Shown: positions 19,514 through 28,477 of the stretch, in pieces
How the letters are laid out: every line of letters starts with the position of its first letter
How positions within the stretch are numbered: position 1 is the first letter of the stretch
From: an uncultured Haloferula sp.
GTDB lineage: Bacteria; Verrucomicrobiota; Verrucomicrobiia; Verrucomicrobiales; Akkermansiaceae
DNA: 64,000 nucleotides
Direction: 5' to 3'
NCBI GenBank assembly: GCA_965652295.1
Contig: CBFGTS010000004.1
Location: 32,001-96,000 of the forward strand
Notes under the pieces: model-generated
Database searches by the model: none
Told to the model about the DNA's origin: nothing
The model's input: only the letters and a program-made list of their open reading frames with translations
Made by a program: the position numbers and the translations under genes

Positions 19514-20497
19514 ATGCAGATGATCGGACAGGTGGTGTTGTGGGGGATCTGCGGATGGATGGCCGCCGGACCCGTGTGGGGTCAGGGGCGTTCACGTTCC
19601 TCGGATCTGCATACGGTGGCGGCTCCAAGCCCTCCGAGGCTGGCCATGAAGAGGGTTTTCCAGGGCGAGGCGAAATTCCAGGCCCTGGTGGCGAAGGCCG
19701 AGCGTGACGGTTGGCGGAAGCTGCCGCTCGGCATGCGGACGATGATGGTGGCGCGGGAAATGGTCGGGACGCCGTACGTGAACTTCACCTTGGAGGTCGA
19801 TGACCGGATCGAGAGCCCCGTGGTCAATTTCGAGGGCATGGACTGCTGGACGTATTACGAGAACGCCTTGGCCTTCGCCCGTATGCTGCGTTACAAGCCC
19901 GGCCCGTATCGGCCCGGGGACATGCTCCATATGGTGGAGCTGGAACGCTATCGGGACGGACGCTGCACGGGTAGCTACTTGAGCCGCATGCACCATCTCG
20001 AGGAGGTATTTTTCGACAACGAGCGCCGCGGCCTCGCCCGCAACATCACGGCCAGACTCCCAAATGCACAGCGCCTGCGGCGCGAGATCCGAGAGATGAC
20101 CGTGCAGTGGAAGAGCTATCGCTACCTCCGATGCAACCCGCGGCTGGTGCCGGAGGTGGGGCGGATCGAGGCGCGGGTTTCCGACCTGCCGGTCTGGCAT
20201 TTGCCAAAGGACGAGGTGCGGGCCGCCGAGAAGTATCTCGACAATGGCGACATTTGCGCGATCACCACCCACTGGAAATTCGGCTACACCTCGCACGTCG
20301 GCCTGATCATGCGTCTCAAGGGTCGCGCCTATTTCTGCCACGCCACGTCCGATCGTGACAAGGGGCGGATGACGATCATCGACCGGCCGATCACCGACTA
20401 TCTCCGCGGAAACCCGAAGCACGCGGGGATCATCGTCTGCCGGCCGCTGGACCTGCCGCCGTCGCGGATGTGGGCGAGCTCGGCCGCCTCCCGCTAG
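19514..20497 (+). CDS. DUF1460 / NlpC-P60-like N-acetylmuramoyl-L-alanine amidase-like protein
   Basis: GTPYVNFTLE, MDCWTYYENALA, RYRDG, RMHH, SHVGL, HATS. Confidence 0.85.
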   Translation: MQMIGQVVLWGICGWMAAGPVWGQGRSRSSDLHTVAAPSPPRLAMKRVFQGEAKFQALVAKAERDGWRKLPLGMRTMMVAREMVGTPYVNFTLEVDDRIESPVVNFEGMDCWTYYENALAFARMLRYKPGPYRPGDMLHMVELERYRDGRCTGSYLSRMHHLEEVFFDNERRGLARNITARLPNAQRLRREIREMTVQWKSYRYLRCNPRLVPEVGRIEARVSDLPVWHLPKDEVRAAEKYLDNGDICAITTHWKFGYTSHVGLIMRLKGRAYFCHATSDRDKGRMTIIDRPITDYLRGNPKHAGIIVCRPLDLPPSRMWASSAASR

Positions 20498-20539
20498 AAG
20501 AGTATTTTCGAGCTTGCCGTATCCCGGGTAGCGGTGTTT

Positions 20540-20553
20540 TGTTCTCGCGAACA
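20540..20553. promoter_or_regulatory. LexA (SOS) box of the Verrucomicrobia type
   Basis: Perfect palindrome TGTTC-TCGC-GAACA 14 nt before the lexA ATG; an extra TGTTC half-site at 20555-20559. Confidence 0.88.
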
Positions 20554-20567
20554 CTGTTCTAAAAGCC

Positions 20568-21182
20568 ATGCACGAGCGACTCACCCAGCGCCAGGAGGAG
20601 ATCCTGGCCTACCTCAAGGAATACCAGCGGATGTGCGGCCTGATGCCCTCGACCCGCGAAATCCAGCATTTCTTCGGTTTCGCGAGCCAGACGGCGGCGA
20701 TGAGCCACCTGCGGGCGCTGGAAAGGAAGGGTGCCATCCAGCGTCTGCCGAACAAGGCGCGCGCCGTGGTTTTCCCTGAGGACCTCGATCGGGAGCGGAT
20801 CGTGGATATTCCGATTTATGGCTCGATCGCCGCGGGTATGGCGCAGGACGCACCTCCGGAAAACGAAGGCTGCGTCTCGATCGACATCGCCACTCTGGGC
20901 ATCCGCCCAACGGCCCGGACCTTCGCGCTCAAGGTGCGGGGCGACTCGATGATCGACGCCCACATTTGTGACGGTGACACGGTGATTCTCGAATTCCGCG
21001 AGCCTCGCAAGGGCGATATCGTCGCGGCTCTGATCGATGGGGAGACCACGCTCAAGCGCTACGTCATCCAGGACCGCAAGCCGTACCTGAAGGCCGAGAA
21101 TCCCGACTACCCCGATCTGATTCCGGCTCGCGAACTGGTGATCCAAGGCGTGCTCATCGGCCTGCTGAGGAAAGCGGCTTGA
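20568..21182 (+). CDS. lexA: SOS repressor LexA
   Basis: LTQRQEEIL, PSTREI, IAAG cleavage site, VRGDSM catalytic Ser, TLKR catalytic Lys. Confidence 0.96.
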   Translation: MHERLTQRQEEILAYLKEYQRMCGLMPSTREIQHFFGFASQTAAMSHLRALERKGAIQRLPNKARAVVFPEDLDRERIVDIPIYGSIAAGMAQDAPPENEGCVSIDIATLGIRPTARTFALKVRGDSMIDAHICDGDTVILEFREPRKGDIVAALIDGETTLKRYVIQDRKPYLKAENPDYPDLIPARELVIQGVLIGLLRKAA

Positions 21183-21260
21183 GGGGCGGGGGGCATTGAG
21201 TCGCTCCGTTGCCGGAGCGGGTTTAAGCGACGTGCCCCCCTGGACGAGTTCGCTTCCGCC

Positions 21261-22163
21261 TCAAGCAGGCGGCTGTTCCTGCCGCTCCAGGCGATTCGGA
21301 ATGCGGATCCAGCTCGAAGCCGGCTTCACCGGCCAACCCGGCTCGGCGGGGGTCCAGACTTTTTTCCGTGCATGGTCGCGGAGCCAGGCCGCCCACCAAC
21401 TGAACGAGCTGTTGGCCACGATGGCGTGCTGACAGGCAGCCATCAGTCGGAAATCGCGAAGCTCGTCGTCGGCGGGTTGGTGGAAACGCACGGGCAGGCG
21501 TCCGAAATCGAGGTTCTCAGCCGCCCATTCCGGATCGTCACCAAACACCTCGAAGCGCGGCGAGGTCAAGGTGTCGGACGCGCGTGAGATGGCGGAGGCG
21601 TAGTATCCGGCACCCAGGCGGGGCGAGTAGCGGTTTCGGCGGACGTGGATGAAAACGGATTCGGTCGCCGCGATTTCTTCTTCCAGCTTTCGATCGGCTG
21701 CGGTTTCAAACGTGGGTGGTTCGAGCTCTTCCCGGAGGTGCAGCGCTTGCGATTCGAAGCAGGAAGGATCCTGCCAATAGCCGTTGAGGTAAACGACCGC
21801 TCTGCGGCTCTGGAAACGGAGCAGATCGCTGGCCTCCCCGCCTTGTCGCTCCGCGAAATAGCAGCGGAGGATTCTTGGAAGGAGACGATCCATTCCACGC
21901 ACCCAGCGGTGTTTGAAAGAGCGTGGACTGCCGAGACGCAGGGAAGCGGGCGCGGGCTCGGCGACGACCGGAAAGCGATCGAGCCGGAACGTACGTCCAT
22001 AGCCATCCAGCTCGAAACCAGATTCGTTATCAAGGTAGAGCTGCCTCCTCGTGCGAAGCGAGTAGGCGCGCGCACCGGCATAGGCGAAGAGCTGGTTGCC
22101 CAAACCTCCTTTGATGATGGCGACCACGCAGGGAAGGCGGGGACGGGTGCGTGAGTCGGTCAT
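21261..22163 (-). CDS. Alpha-1,2-fucosyltransferase-like protein (GT11)
   Basis: GGLGNQLFAYA, YLNGYWQ, IHVRR, IVANSSFSWWAAWL. Confidence 0.92.
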   Translation of the reverse strand: MTDSRTRPRLPCVVAIIKGGLGNQLFAYAGARAYSLRTRRQLYLDNESGFELDGYGRTFRLDRFPVVAEPAPASLRLGSPRSFKHRWVRGMDRLLPRILRCYFAERQGGEASDLLRFQSRRAVVYLNGYWQDPSCFESQALHLREELEPPTFETAADRKLEEEIAATESVFIHVRRNRYSPRLGAGYYASAISRASDTLTSPRFEVFGDDPEWAAENLDFGRLPVRFHQPADDELRDFRLMAACQHAIVANSSFSWWAAWLRDHARKKVWTPAEPGWPVKPASSWIRIPNRLERQEQPPA

Positions 22164-23341
22164 TGGAATCGTTCGAGGCTCGTGCGGAGGAAGTCCAGGT
22201 TTTCCGGGTGGGCCCGGGCCCAGCGCTCAAGTTCCGCGCGGACACGAGCGACATGCGCTGATACGCCTTCGGGGTCAAGACGCGTCCCATAGTCGGAATT
22301 TCCCGTGAGGATGGCAGCCAATAATTGCTGACCGAGCGGTGGGGTGAAATGAAAGAGGTCGATCCAGTGCTCCATCTGTCCTTGCTCGGGCAGCCGCTCG
22401 GCATTGAGGGGGTGGGCGTCCTGAAAGTCCCAGAATTCGACAGGGATGGCCTCGGGGGACCGTCGGTTCGCTTCTTCAGCCAGCTCCGCCAAGGCCAGGC
22501 GATCGCGCTCGAACCAAGGATCCGCGGCACCGAGTTCGTGAAACGCCAGCTGGAACAGCACGTGGTTCGGCGGCATGACGAGAATCAGCCGGGTGTTTTT
22601 CTCCCGGCACTGGCGGATGATGTCCCGGACTTCGTTCATTTTGAAGTCGGAGACGGAGGCGTAGGCATTCCGGTTGCGGGCCACGCGGACGATGGTCGAT
22701 AGGTATAGACCGGCGATCTGCTGCCGCGGGTGAACCAAGCGTTCCGCCTCACGCCGGAAACCCGAGGACGAATAGGTGGTCAGCTCCCGTGTGGCCGCCC
22801 TCTGGAGCACGGCGGCTGAGGCGGACAGAGCGGAGACCCCGCAGTGATAGCGGAGCCAGCTTTCCGCCCCTTCATTTCCAGGGAAAAGAGGGGAGGTGCT
22901 GAAATCACCGAGCCCCCTGCCGCCGCGGGCTCCGGGCGTGGTGAGATCCCCGGCGTCGATGAAGAAAATCACCAACTCCGGGCGCTCCTGATGGGACATG
23001 AAGTAGTCGAACGCGGCCTTGTTTTCGTGAAGCAGCCCGGCGTTGAGGCCTAGGTTCACGGCGTTCCGCGAGGCCAAGGGAGGGCGGCCCGGAGCGATGC
23101 CGATATCCACCCGGGACGAGCCGAACACGGCCGCGCTCCAAGGCTTGCTTGAGGCGAGGCCTGCTTTGCAGGTCCGGGAAAAATCCCGCTCGATGTCCCG
23201 GTAGGCGTCGAGCCTTTCCGACGACCACGGCATCCCGGTGATCCGCCATGGATTGACCCAGGTGTTCAGGAAAAAGCCGCCCGCCACCAGCAGGACGAGC
23301 AGGCCCTGAAAGCATCGGCGGAAGCGGAGGAGGCCATTCAT
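22160..23341 (-). CDS. SGNH/DltD-AlgJ-like periplasmic acyltransferase partner 1
   Basis: N-terminal TM + VNPW, FGSSRVD, NLGLNAG, WDF..HPLN, DLFH; follows an MBOAT gene. Confidence 0.7.
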   Translation of the reverse strand: MNGLLRFRRCFQGLLVLLVAGGFFLNTWVNPWRITGMPWSSERLDAYRDIERDFSRTCKAGLASSKPWSAAVFGSSRVDIGIAPGRPPLASRNAVNLGLNAGLLHENKAAFDYFMSHQERPELVIFFIDAGDLTTPGARGGRGLGDFSTSPLFPGNEGAESWLRYHCGVSALSASAAVLQRAATRELTTYSSSGFRREAERLVHPRQQIAGLYLSTIVRVARNRNAYASVSDFKMNEVRDIIRQCREKNTRLILVMPPNHVLFQLAFHELGAADPWFERDRLALAELAEEANRRSPEAIPVEFWDFQDAHPLNAERLPEQGQMEHWIDLFHFTPPLGQQLLAAILTGNSDYGTRLDPEGVSAHVARVRAELERWARAHPENLDFLRTSLERFQ

Positions 23342-23350
23342 GATCCCGGG

Positions 23351-24832
23351 TCAGAACTGGTAGTAGATGAACTCGCTGACCTTGTCGAATTGGAGTCCGA
23401 TGATGCCGACGAGCACGACCATGCCCAGCAAGTGGACGGCCGTGGGACGCCACTGCCACCAACGGCGCGGGCCAACGATCCGAGTTCCCAGCGCCGGCTG
23501 GTAACGTGCCAGGAACTCCTGAGTGTTGGGCAGGAACCAACACGCCAGGAGGGCGGGGATCAGCTTGATCGGTGAGTTGCTGGCTGCGACCCGTAAGGCT
23601 TTGTCCGGCCAGCCACCGAAACCCTCGGCTCCGGACATTGATGCCAGCAAACGCATCGCGGTATCGAAGTCCGCGGCGCGGAAAAAGACCCACGCGACCA
23701 GAGTGGCAAGGAAGGTCAGGGAAACCGCCGCAGGCGTCGGCAACGCAGACCATCCTTTCGATTTCCTCAGATGATGCCAACCGTGGTTGACGCAGAGGTA
23801 GAGCCCGTGGATGCCGCCCCAGGCCAAAAAGGTCCAGCTCGCGCCGTGCCACAAGCCGCCGAGCAGCATGGTGAGCAGCAGGTTTCCATATCGTCTCGCC
23901 GGCCCGTTGCGGTTGCCGCCGAGGGGGATGTAAAGGTAGTCGCGGAGAAAGCGCGAGAGGGTCATGTGCCAGCGGCGCCAGAAGTCGATGATCGACGTCG
24001 CCTTGTAGGGAGAGGCGAAGTTGAGCGGCAGGCGGATGCCGAAGAACCGCGCCGAGCCGATGGCCATGTCCGAGTAGCCCGAGAAATCGAAGTAGATCTG
24101 AAGCGCGTAGGCGATCGCCGCCGTCCAGGCCTCGGCCATCGTGAGCGGCCGGTCGCCTTGCTCCGCCACCCGGAACAAGGCGCTTGCGATGGGGGCGAGG
24201 TTGTCCGCGATGACGACCTTCTTGAAGAGGCCGATCACCAGGAAAACCACGGCGACCGGGAAATCGCGGTTCCACCGGGCGAGCGGACGTTTCCGCGTGA
24301 ACTGCGGCATCATTTCCCCGTGGTGGACGATCGGTCCGGCGATGAGCTGGGGGAAGAAGGTGACGAAAAGCAGGTAGTCGGTGAGGTGGTATTCGCGTGT
24401 TTCCCCCTTCCAGGCATCGACGAGGTAGGCGATCTGCTGGAAGGTGAAAAACGAGATGCCCAACGGCAGGACGATGGAGGGAATGTCCTGCGGCCACCCG
24501 GTCAGATCGCGCAGCGTGGTCGCGAAGAGGCCGGTGTATTTGTAGTAGCCGAGCAAGGCGAGGTTGGCGGCGACGCCCGCGACGAGCATCCGCTTGCCAC
24601 CCGGCCCGGGATGCCCCGCGAGGAAGCGGCCGAAGAAGAAATTGGCCAGGCACGATCCGGCGATCAGCGGGACATAGGCGGGGTTCCAGTAGCCGTAGTA
24701 GACAAGGCTGGCCGCGACCAGCCATCCGAAGGCGGCGCGGCGAGGGACGCGCAGCGGCCCGATCAGCAGGTGAAACCCGACCACCGCGACCGGCAAGAAC
24801 AGCAGCAGGTAAGTGTAGCTGTTGAAGAGCAC
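23351..24832 (-). CDS. MBOAT O-acyltransferase 1 (AlgI/PatA/DltB family)
   Basis: LPLGISFFTFQ, FFPQLIAGPI, QIYFDFSGYSD, FWRRWH, GGLWHGA; ends EFIYYQF. Confidence 0.94.
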   Translation of the reverse strand: MLFNSYTYLLLFLPVAVVGFHLLIGPLRVPRRAAFGWLVAASLVYYGYWNPAYVPLIAGSCLANFFFGRFLAGHPGPGGKRMLVAGVAANLALLGYYKYTGLFATTLRDLTGWPQDIPSIVLPLGISFFTFQQIAYLVDAWKGETREYHLTDYLLFVTFFPQLIAGPIVHHGEMMPQFTRKRPLARWNRDFPVAVVFLVIGLFKKVVIADNLAPIASALFRVAEQGDRPLTMAEAWTAAIAYALQIYFDFSGYSDMAIGSARFFGIRLPLNFASPYKATSIIDFWRRWHMTLSRFLRDYLYIPLGGNRNGPARRYGNLLLTMLLGGLWHGASWTFLAWGGIHGLYLCVNHGWHHLRKSKGWSALPTPAAVSLTFLATLVAWVFFRAADFDTAMRLLASMSGAEGFGGWPDKALRVAASNSPIKLIPALLACWFLPNTQEFLARYQPALGTRIVGPRRWWQWRPTAVHLLGMVVLVGIIGLQFDKVSEFIYYQF

Positions 24833-24861
24833 TTCCTTGTTTGGGGGCGAGGGAGAACCAG

Positions 24862-26094
24862 TCAGGGATCATGCTCGGAAGGAGCTGATTCGAAGCGCTC
24901 GATCCCTTCTACCATCCACTTCCACAATCGTGGATTTTCGCTTTTGAAACGGTCGTAGCCTTCTTTGATGGAGGCGATTCGCTGCTCAAGGTTTTCCGCG
25001 GTCAACTGGATCCCGTAGTCCCGCCCTTCTTCCTCCACGGGCCACCCCATGATTCTTTCGAGCATCACATCTCCCAGCGTCTTGCGGGCGTGGGTTCCGT
25101 CCAGCCACCAGTGCATCTGACCACCCACAGGCGGGACGGGCTCGCAATTGAGCGGGTGGAAATCGTTAAAATCCCAGATCTCGGCAGGAGGCGCATCGGG
25201 GTGGGCTTCATTGGATTCCCGGACCAGCCGGGTGAGCGCCTCACGGTCGAGTCCGAAGGCAGCATCCGGATCGCCCAGGTAGTGCAGGGTCCCGATGTAC
25301 GTAGCGTGGCTCGGAGGAATTAGAATGACGATGCGACAGCCATGTTTTTTGCCATCCTGCAGGATGTTTTGCAGCATGCGTGTCTTGTCCGGGCTGATCT
25401 CAAGGAAATGCCGGCGGACGCGGGTCGTCCGGACGGCATGGCCGATTGCGTGGCGGGCGATAACCTCCGCGACATTGACGGGCTCTTGAGGTCTGGATCG
25501 ATGGCCGCGGGGAGTGTACTCAGGAAGTTCTCTGTTCGCTTGGTTGATGAGGGTTTGGACGGAACTTTCAAAGCTTGAGACTCCGAAAAGATAGCGAAGC
25601 TCCCGCTCCACCGGGTCGCCGAGCTCGTAGAAACGGGACTCCGTGAAACCGACGTCGGCGAAACCTTGGAACTCACGGACCATGTCGGAAACATCGACGC
25701 CGATGATGGCAAGATCGATGGGGGCGTGGGTCACAGCGTAGTGAAAGATCCTCTCGGTTTCCGCCAGGGCTCCCGCGCTGACGGCTAGGTTGATCGCTTT
25801 CCGCTCACCCCATCCGGGGTGCTCGGGGTCGAGGGCGATGTCCACGCGGGATGAACCGAAGAAAGCGGTATCCCAAGGAGTGGAGGTGACCATACCCGCC
25901 TTGGCCGTCCGCTGGTGACGGTAGATGGGACGGAATTCGGCGAATGCCTCGTTCGTCCAAGGTGCCTTGGTCACCCACAAGGGGTTCACCCAGGTGTTGA
26001 TGGCTGCGAAGGAGACGATGAGCCATCCGAGGCAGATGAGCACGCCGCGGGAGTAGCGGCGGAATGATGGACCCTGATGCCGGGGTAAAGACAT
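24862..26094 (-). CDS. SGNH/DltD-AlgJ-like periplasmic acyltransferase partner 2
   Basis: VNPLW, FGSSRVD, NLAVSAG, WDFNDFHPLNCE, DGTH. Confidence 0.7.
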   Translation of the reverse strand: MSLPRHQGPSFRRYSRGVLICLGWLIVSFAAINTWVNPLWVTKAPWTNEAFAEFRPIYRHQRTAKAGMVTSTPWDTAFFGSSRVDIALDPEHPGWGERKAINLAVSAGALAETERIFHYAVTHAPIDLAIIGVDVSDMVREFQGFADVGFTESRFYELGDPVERELRYLFGVSSFESSVQTLINQANRELPEYTPRGHRSRPQEPVNVAEVIARHAIGHAVRTTRVRRHFLEISPDKTRMLQNILQDGKKHGCRIVILIPPSHATYIGTLHYLGDPDAAFGLDREALTRLVRESNEAHPDAPPAEIWDFNDFHPLNCEPVPPVGGQMHWWLDGTHARKTLGDVMLERIMGWPVEEEGRDYGIQLTAENLEQRIASIKEGYDRFKSENPRLWKWMVEGIERFESAPSEHDP

Positions 26095-26097
26095 GGC

Positions 26098-27648
26098 TCA
26101 GAACTGGAAATAGATGAAGTCGCTCAGCTTGTCGAACTGGTAGATGGTGCCGACGAAGAGCAGGAAGGTGATGATGGCCCAAGGTGTGGTGGGACGCCAC
26201 TGCCACCATTGCCGGCGTCCGAGTCTCCCGCCCGGCATGGTTTCCAGCCCGAGGCAGGGCTTGTAGCGACGCAGGAACTGCTGAGTATTCGGAAGAAACC
26301 AGACGAGGAGGACGCAGCCCATCGCCCGTATTCCGTGCCGTTCCTTCACAACGTAGGCGCTTTCGTCGGGCCAGCCTTGGATGCCATGGAATCCGAACAT
26401 CGAGGCAAAGATCGACCCGGTGGCCTTGATGGCGGCGGTGGTGGAGCCGCTGGCACCTTGCTCATAAGCACCCGCGCGGAAAGGGACCCACGCGATGACC
26501 ACCGCTGCAAAGGTCAGAACGATGGCAACGGGCTTTGGGATAGGAGGGAGTCTCGTCCACGCCTTCCGTGCGGCAAACCACGCGTGGTTCAAGCAGAGGC
26601 AGAGACCGTGCAGCACACCCCACAGCAGGAAGGTCCAGCCTGCACCGTGCCACAGGCCCCCCAGGGCCATGGTAATCATCAGGTTGAAGTAGCGGCGCGG
26701 TTTGCCGTAACGATTTCCCCCAAGTGGAATATAGAGGTAATCGCGGAGAAAGCGGGATAGCGTGACGTGCCAGCGGTGCCAGAAGTCCACGACCGAGGTG
26801 GCCTTGTAGGGAGAGTGAAAATTGAGAGGTAGCCGGATCCCGAAAAGCCTCGCGGCTCCGATGGCGATGTCGGAATAGCCGGAGAAATCGAAGTAAATCT
26901 GGAGCGCATAGGTCACCCCGGCAACCCATGCCTCGCCCATGGTCAAAGGCCGCTCGCCGACTGCGGCCATGTCGAACAGCAGGTTGGCGATGGGCGAGAG
27001 GTTGTCGGCGATGACCACCTTTTTGAAAAGGCCGATGGCGATGATGGTGAGCCCGACGGAGGTGTTGACGCCGAAATGGAGGCGACCGACCCGGCGATCG
27101 AACTGAGGGAGCATCTCCTTGTGGTGAACGATGGGCCCGGCGATGAGCTGCGGGAAAAAGGTCACGAACAACAGGTAGTCGGTGAAGTTGTACTCCTTGG
27201 TTTCCTGCCTGTAGGCATCGACGAGGTAGGCGATCTGTTGGAAGGTGAAGAAGGAAATGCCCAGTGGCAGGATGACATCCGGTATGGACGCCTCTCCGCC
27301 GGTGAGGGCGGCAAGGGTTTTGGCGAAGAGCCCGGAGTACTTGTAGTAGCCGAGCAGGGCGAGATTGGCGGTCACCCCGACGGCGAGCATCCGCTTGCCG
27401 CGGGGGCCGTGGTGCAGGGCGAGGTAGCGTCCGAAGAAGTAGTTGGCGCAGGTGGAGCCAAGGATGAGGGCAAGGTAGGCGGGGCTCCAGGGGCTTGAGG
27501 GGTCAGGATTCCACCAGCCGTAGTAAACGAGGCTCATCAGCACCAACCAAGCGACGCCGCCACGAGTTCCGCGGGCCGAGATCAGCTGGAACCCGATGAA
27601 AACCAAGGGGAGGAAGCCCAGAAGGAATGTGTAGGAATTGAAGATCAT
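26098..27648 (-). CDS. MBOAT O-acyltransferase 2
   Basis: Same MBOAT motifs; ends DFIYFQF. Confidence 0.94.
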   Translation of the reverse strand: MIFNSYTFLLGFLPLVFIGFQLISARGTRGGVAWLVLMSLVYYGWWNPDPSSPWSPAYLALILGSTCANYFFGRYLALHHGPRGKRMLAVGVTANLALLGYYKYSGLFAKTLAALTGGEASIPDVILPLGISFFTFQQIAYLVDAYRQETKEYNFTDYLLFVTFFPQLIAGPIVHHKEMLPQFDRRVGRLHFGVNTSVGLTIIAIGLFKKVVIADNLSPIANLLFDMAAVGERPLTMGEAWVAGVTYALQIYFDFSGYSDIAIGAARLFGIRLPLNFHSPYKATSVVDFWHRWHVTLSRFLRDYLYIPLGGNRYGKPRRYFNLMITMALGGLWHGAGWTFLLWGVLHGLCLCLNHAWFAARKAWTRLPPIPKPVAIVLTFAAVVIAWVPFRAGAYEQGASGSTTAAIKATGSIFASMFGFHGIQGWPDESAYVVKERHGIRAMGCVLLVWFLPNTQQFLRRYKPCLGLETMPGGRLGRRQWWQWRPTTPWAIITFLLFVGTIYQFDKLSDFIYFQF

Positions 27649-27758
27649 CCAGCGTAGTGGGACCGGACGGCGAGGCTGTCACAGGGGCCATGGCGGGCAA
27701 GGCCGAATTCGGGGATCCGTGTCTTGACCAAGGGCGTCCCGCCATGGGAAGGGGGGCA

Positions 27759-28463
27759 ATGAACAAGGTGGTGACTGCGGAGAAAACGCTGCTCCGATAT
27801 CCTGAACTGTGGGTTGGCCGGAGGCAGGTCGTGTCGAACGGCTTCTGGTTTGTCGACATTCCCCGCTGCTCCTCGACCTCGATCCGGGCGCAGCTGGGAA
27901 AGCGCTTCGGCCGCGCGCATGGGCGGACGGCGGCCCAGCTGCGCAAAGGCAAAGGAATGCCCTACTTTGCCGATCACGTGACCGCCCAAGCGATGCGCAA
28001 GGCTTTGCCCAAAGGTGCCTGGGAGCGCTTGTTCACCTTCACCCTGGTCCGCAACCCTTGGGACCGGCTGGTGTCTCTCTACCATCATCGGGTCAAGGAA
28101 CGGGACCTTCCCGCGGAACTGCCGTTCAAGGATTTCGTCGCCGGCTTGGAGAAGCCCCGCTACATGCTGAGCGGGCGGTTTCATTCCTCTCCGGTCTACT
28201 TTATGTCGATGGTCGATTTCCTTTGCGACCGCGAGGATCGGCTGATGGTGGACTTCGTGGGACGGTATGAGAGTCGCAAGGAGGATCTCGGGCGAATCGG
28301 CGAAAAGATCGGTTTTCCCGAGCTGGGCGACTTCCGGATGCAGGACACGACGAGCGGGCGGAACCGGCACTATTCAGAGGAATACGACGACCGGACTCGC
28401 CAGCTGGTGGCGACGTTTTACGCCGATGACATCGAGCGCTTCGGCTACCGCTTCGAGGATTGA
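27759..28463 (+). CDS. Sulfotransferase family 2 protein (start uncertain)
   Basis: FVDIPRCSSTSI (5'-PSB-like), FTLVRNPWDRLVSLY (3'-PB), DFVGRYE, DIERFGY. Confidence 0.85.
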   Translation: MNKVVTAEKTLLRYPELWVGRRQVVSNGFWFVDIPRCSSTSIRAQLGKRFGRAHGRTAAQLRKGKGMPYFADHVTAQAMRKALPKGAWERLFTFTLVRNPWDRLVSLYHHRVKERDLPAELPFKDFVAGLEKPRYMLSGRFHSSPVYFMSMVDFLCDREDRLMVDFVGRYESRKEDLGRIGEKIGFPELGDFRMQDTTSGRNRHYSEEYDDRTRQLVATFYADDIERFGYRFED

Positions 28464-28477
28464 GGCGCGCCCGAGTC

